DNA from: Chiloscyllium plagiosum
Lineage: Eukaryota
Reading direction: 5' to 3'
DNA: 64,000 nucleotides
Assembly (NCBI RefSeq): GCF_004010195.1
Contig: NC_057712.1
Location: 6,251,299-6,315,298 of the forward strand
The number at the start of each line of letters is the position of its first letter. Position 1 is the stretch's first letter. Both the position numbers and the translations under genes were made by a program. Below are positions 62,295 to 64,000 of this stretch, one piece after another. The notes beneath the pieces were generated by a model, which saw nothing but the letters and a program-made list of their open reading frames with translations, had not been told where the DNA came from and ran no database searches.

Positions 62295-62712
62295 AGTGAT
62301 AGGAACAAGAGGAGGCCATTTGACCCCTCGAGCCTCGTCTTACCTTCAATGGGATCACAAGTGATCTGACATTCCTCATATCCACTTTCCTGCAATTTCC
62401 CCATAAGCCTTGATTCCTCTCTCTTGATCAAGAATCTATCTCAGCCTTTTCATATAAACAATGACTCTGACTCTGCCCCCTCAGCTCTCTGTGGCAAGGA
62501 GTTCCAAATGCACTCCACTATCTGAGAGAAGACATTCCTCCCTATCTCAGTCTTAGATTGGCACCTCTTCAGTCTGAGACTCAGCCCTCTGGTGCCAAAC
62601 TCTCCCTTGCAGGGAAACATCCTCGCAACATATACCCAGTCAAACCCCTTAAGAATACTATATATTTCAATGAGATCACCTCTCATTTTTCTATACTCCA
62701 GTGAGCAGAGTC
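62295..62712 (-). mobile_element. CR1 LINE 3' end
   Basis: MRGDLIEIYSILKGFD..MFP..GE..TRG.SLR....KTEIGRNVFSQ......WNSLPQ. Confidence 0.8.
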
Positions 62713-64000
62713 CATGTCAACTCTCAAATCCTCCATGATAGTATTTCTAGTCTATGAAATAAATAACTTTAGTTCAACAATTATTACAATTGACTATATT
62801 CTCTCCTGTTATTTTCATGTTCTATCTTCTCTAGTTTCCACAGCATCCCACTAACCCACCCTCCACCAAAGAAAAACTCAAACATCAGCACTCCATTATT
62901 TCTCCTCCTGCTTAACTTTATTAGCCAGCCAAAATCATCTCTACAGCCGAGTTCAGAATGGCTAGCTGCATTTCTACAAATTGTTGATAGTATTTAATTT
63001 TGAGCCAGTTGATATTATAGATTTCTTGCATACGTTCCAATGCGCTAAAGTGCAGTAGAACTTTAAGAAGAGCGATAAAATGGAGTCTCTTGCAGAATGG
63101 TTGAAAAGGTGTTTGTGAAGTTTAGTGAAAGACCTGATAGTAAAAGGAGGTAACTCTGAGATTGGCCAGTTATTGGAAGAGCCCCAGTGAAAAATCTGAA
63201 GGTAGTTATTTTTACCTGCCATTCCATAATGCTATTGCCATGACACAAAGCTAGAAGGAAACAGAGACTGCAGTTGACAATTATTGCTTATAGCACATGT
63301 AAGGTCCTGACTACTGTGTATCCTGAGTATTGTGCAACACCTATTTAAGATATCAAATACTCTCGATATAGAATGCATTTGTATTGGTGAGGTATTCTGC
63401 AGATTGCCTAATTCTTTACACTAAACAAAAGACTGTTCTCTCCTTCCCAAACAAACAATTTTCTGCCTAAGTTTCTGGTGTTAGCAGTTCTCAATATAAT
63501 TCTTTTATATCTGGGTGACATTTTCAACCTGGATTATATGGCAGAACAGAGGAGGCTTTGAATCAATCTATATAAATGGTCCATTTAGCCTCCAATTCTT
63601 TCTTTGCCCTGTTCATTATTCCAACCAACCTTTTTAAAAACTAGTATCGATTATTATGCTGAGTGAAACAGCTTCAGATTTTGGTTACCTTTCCACTTTC
63701 CCTGTTTGCTCCTTCTTATTATAGTGTACTTCAACCTCATTCTCATTGGTGTTTCCTTTATAATCTACATTGGACGGATATATTTTCATATCTTTACAGC
63801 ATTCAGAAGGCAGTTGCATATGATGCTATAAGCATGTCTGACACTACTTAACTCGCTCTTATTTTTCCTCACTTTCTCTTCCTTCAAATCCTGCCTCTGG
63901 CATCTTCACTTCTGAAGTCTATAGCTCACTGACAATCGGTAAAGAGAGTAATTCTAATATTTCAAAGAGTATAGAAATTTCTATCCTGAAAATTAATCCA

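Larger units (their letters stand above)
57394..63420 (+). pseudogene. Highly decayed third ZPAX-like copy (relics of exons 6, 7, possibly 9-11, 12-14)
   Basis: Exon-6-like ag|GTTTCAGTACAAAGAA at 57394. Exon-7-like ag|AQNAKSTVW*VFQAPVGTKTIPVND at 57509 (versus ASSAESGIWQVVFHTPGDNRIMTVKE). Exon-12-like YKLLIVF at about 62974. Exon-13-like GVCE..DLIVKGGNSE/WPVIG at about 63105-63185. Exon-14-like FKISNTLDI..VFCRL at about 63345-63410. Same order and strand as copies A and B. Aligned by eye only. Confidence 0.55.

Overview
Vertebrate genomic DNA, most likely from a shark or other elasmobranch. This is inferred from abundant HE1/V-SINEs with (TCTAA)n tails, CR1-type LINEs and Penelope-like elements. 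The window holds a tandem cluster of zona pellucida AX-like (ZPAX) egg-coat genes on the + strand. Copy A (3060-18017) is intact: 22 exons that I spliced by hand into a 952-aa ORF with a signal peptide, several ZP-N repeats, a ZP module, a furin-type site, an EHP and a TM anchor. Copy B (31323-45534) has intact reading frames wherever visible, but the 3' part of exon 13 through exon 17 is replaced by an N-gap and unrelated sequence, probably a mis-assembly. A third, strongly decayed and collinear ZPAX-like relic lies at about 57390-63420. A and B form a mosaic. They are near-identical over exons 1-3 and 11-21 including introns, near-identical only inside exons 9 and 10, and clearly diverged in exons 4-8 and in the TM exon. 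This points to concerted evolution that spares the N-terminal ZP-N region. The non-genic DNA is mostly retroelements, including many short Penelope-derived insertions, several of them fold-back, that carry minimal hammerhead-ribozyme cores and target-site duplications. Most entries in the supplied ORF track are spurious or are fragments of exons or LINEs.
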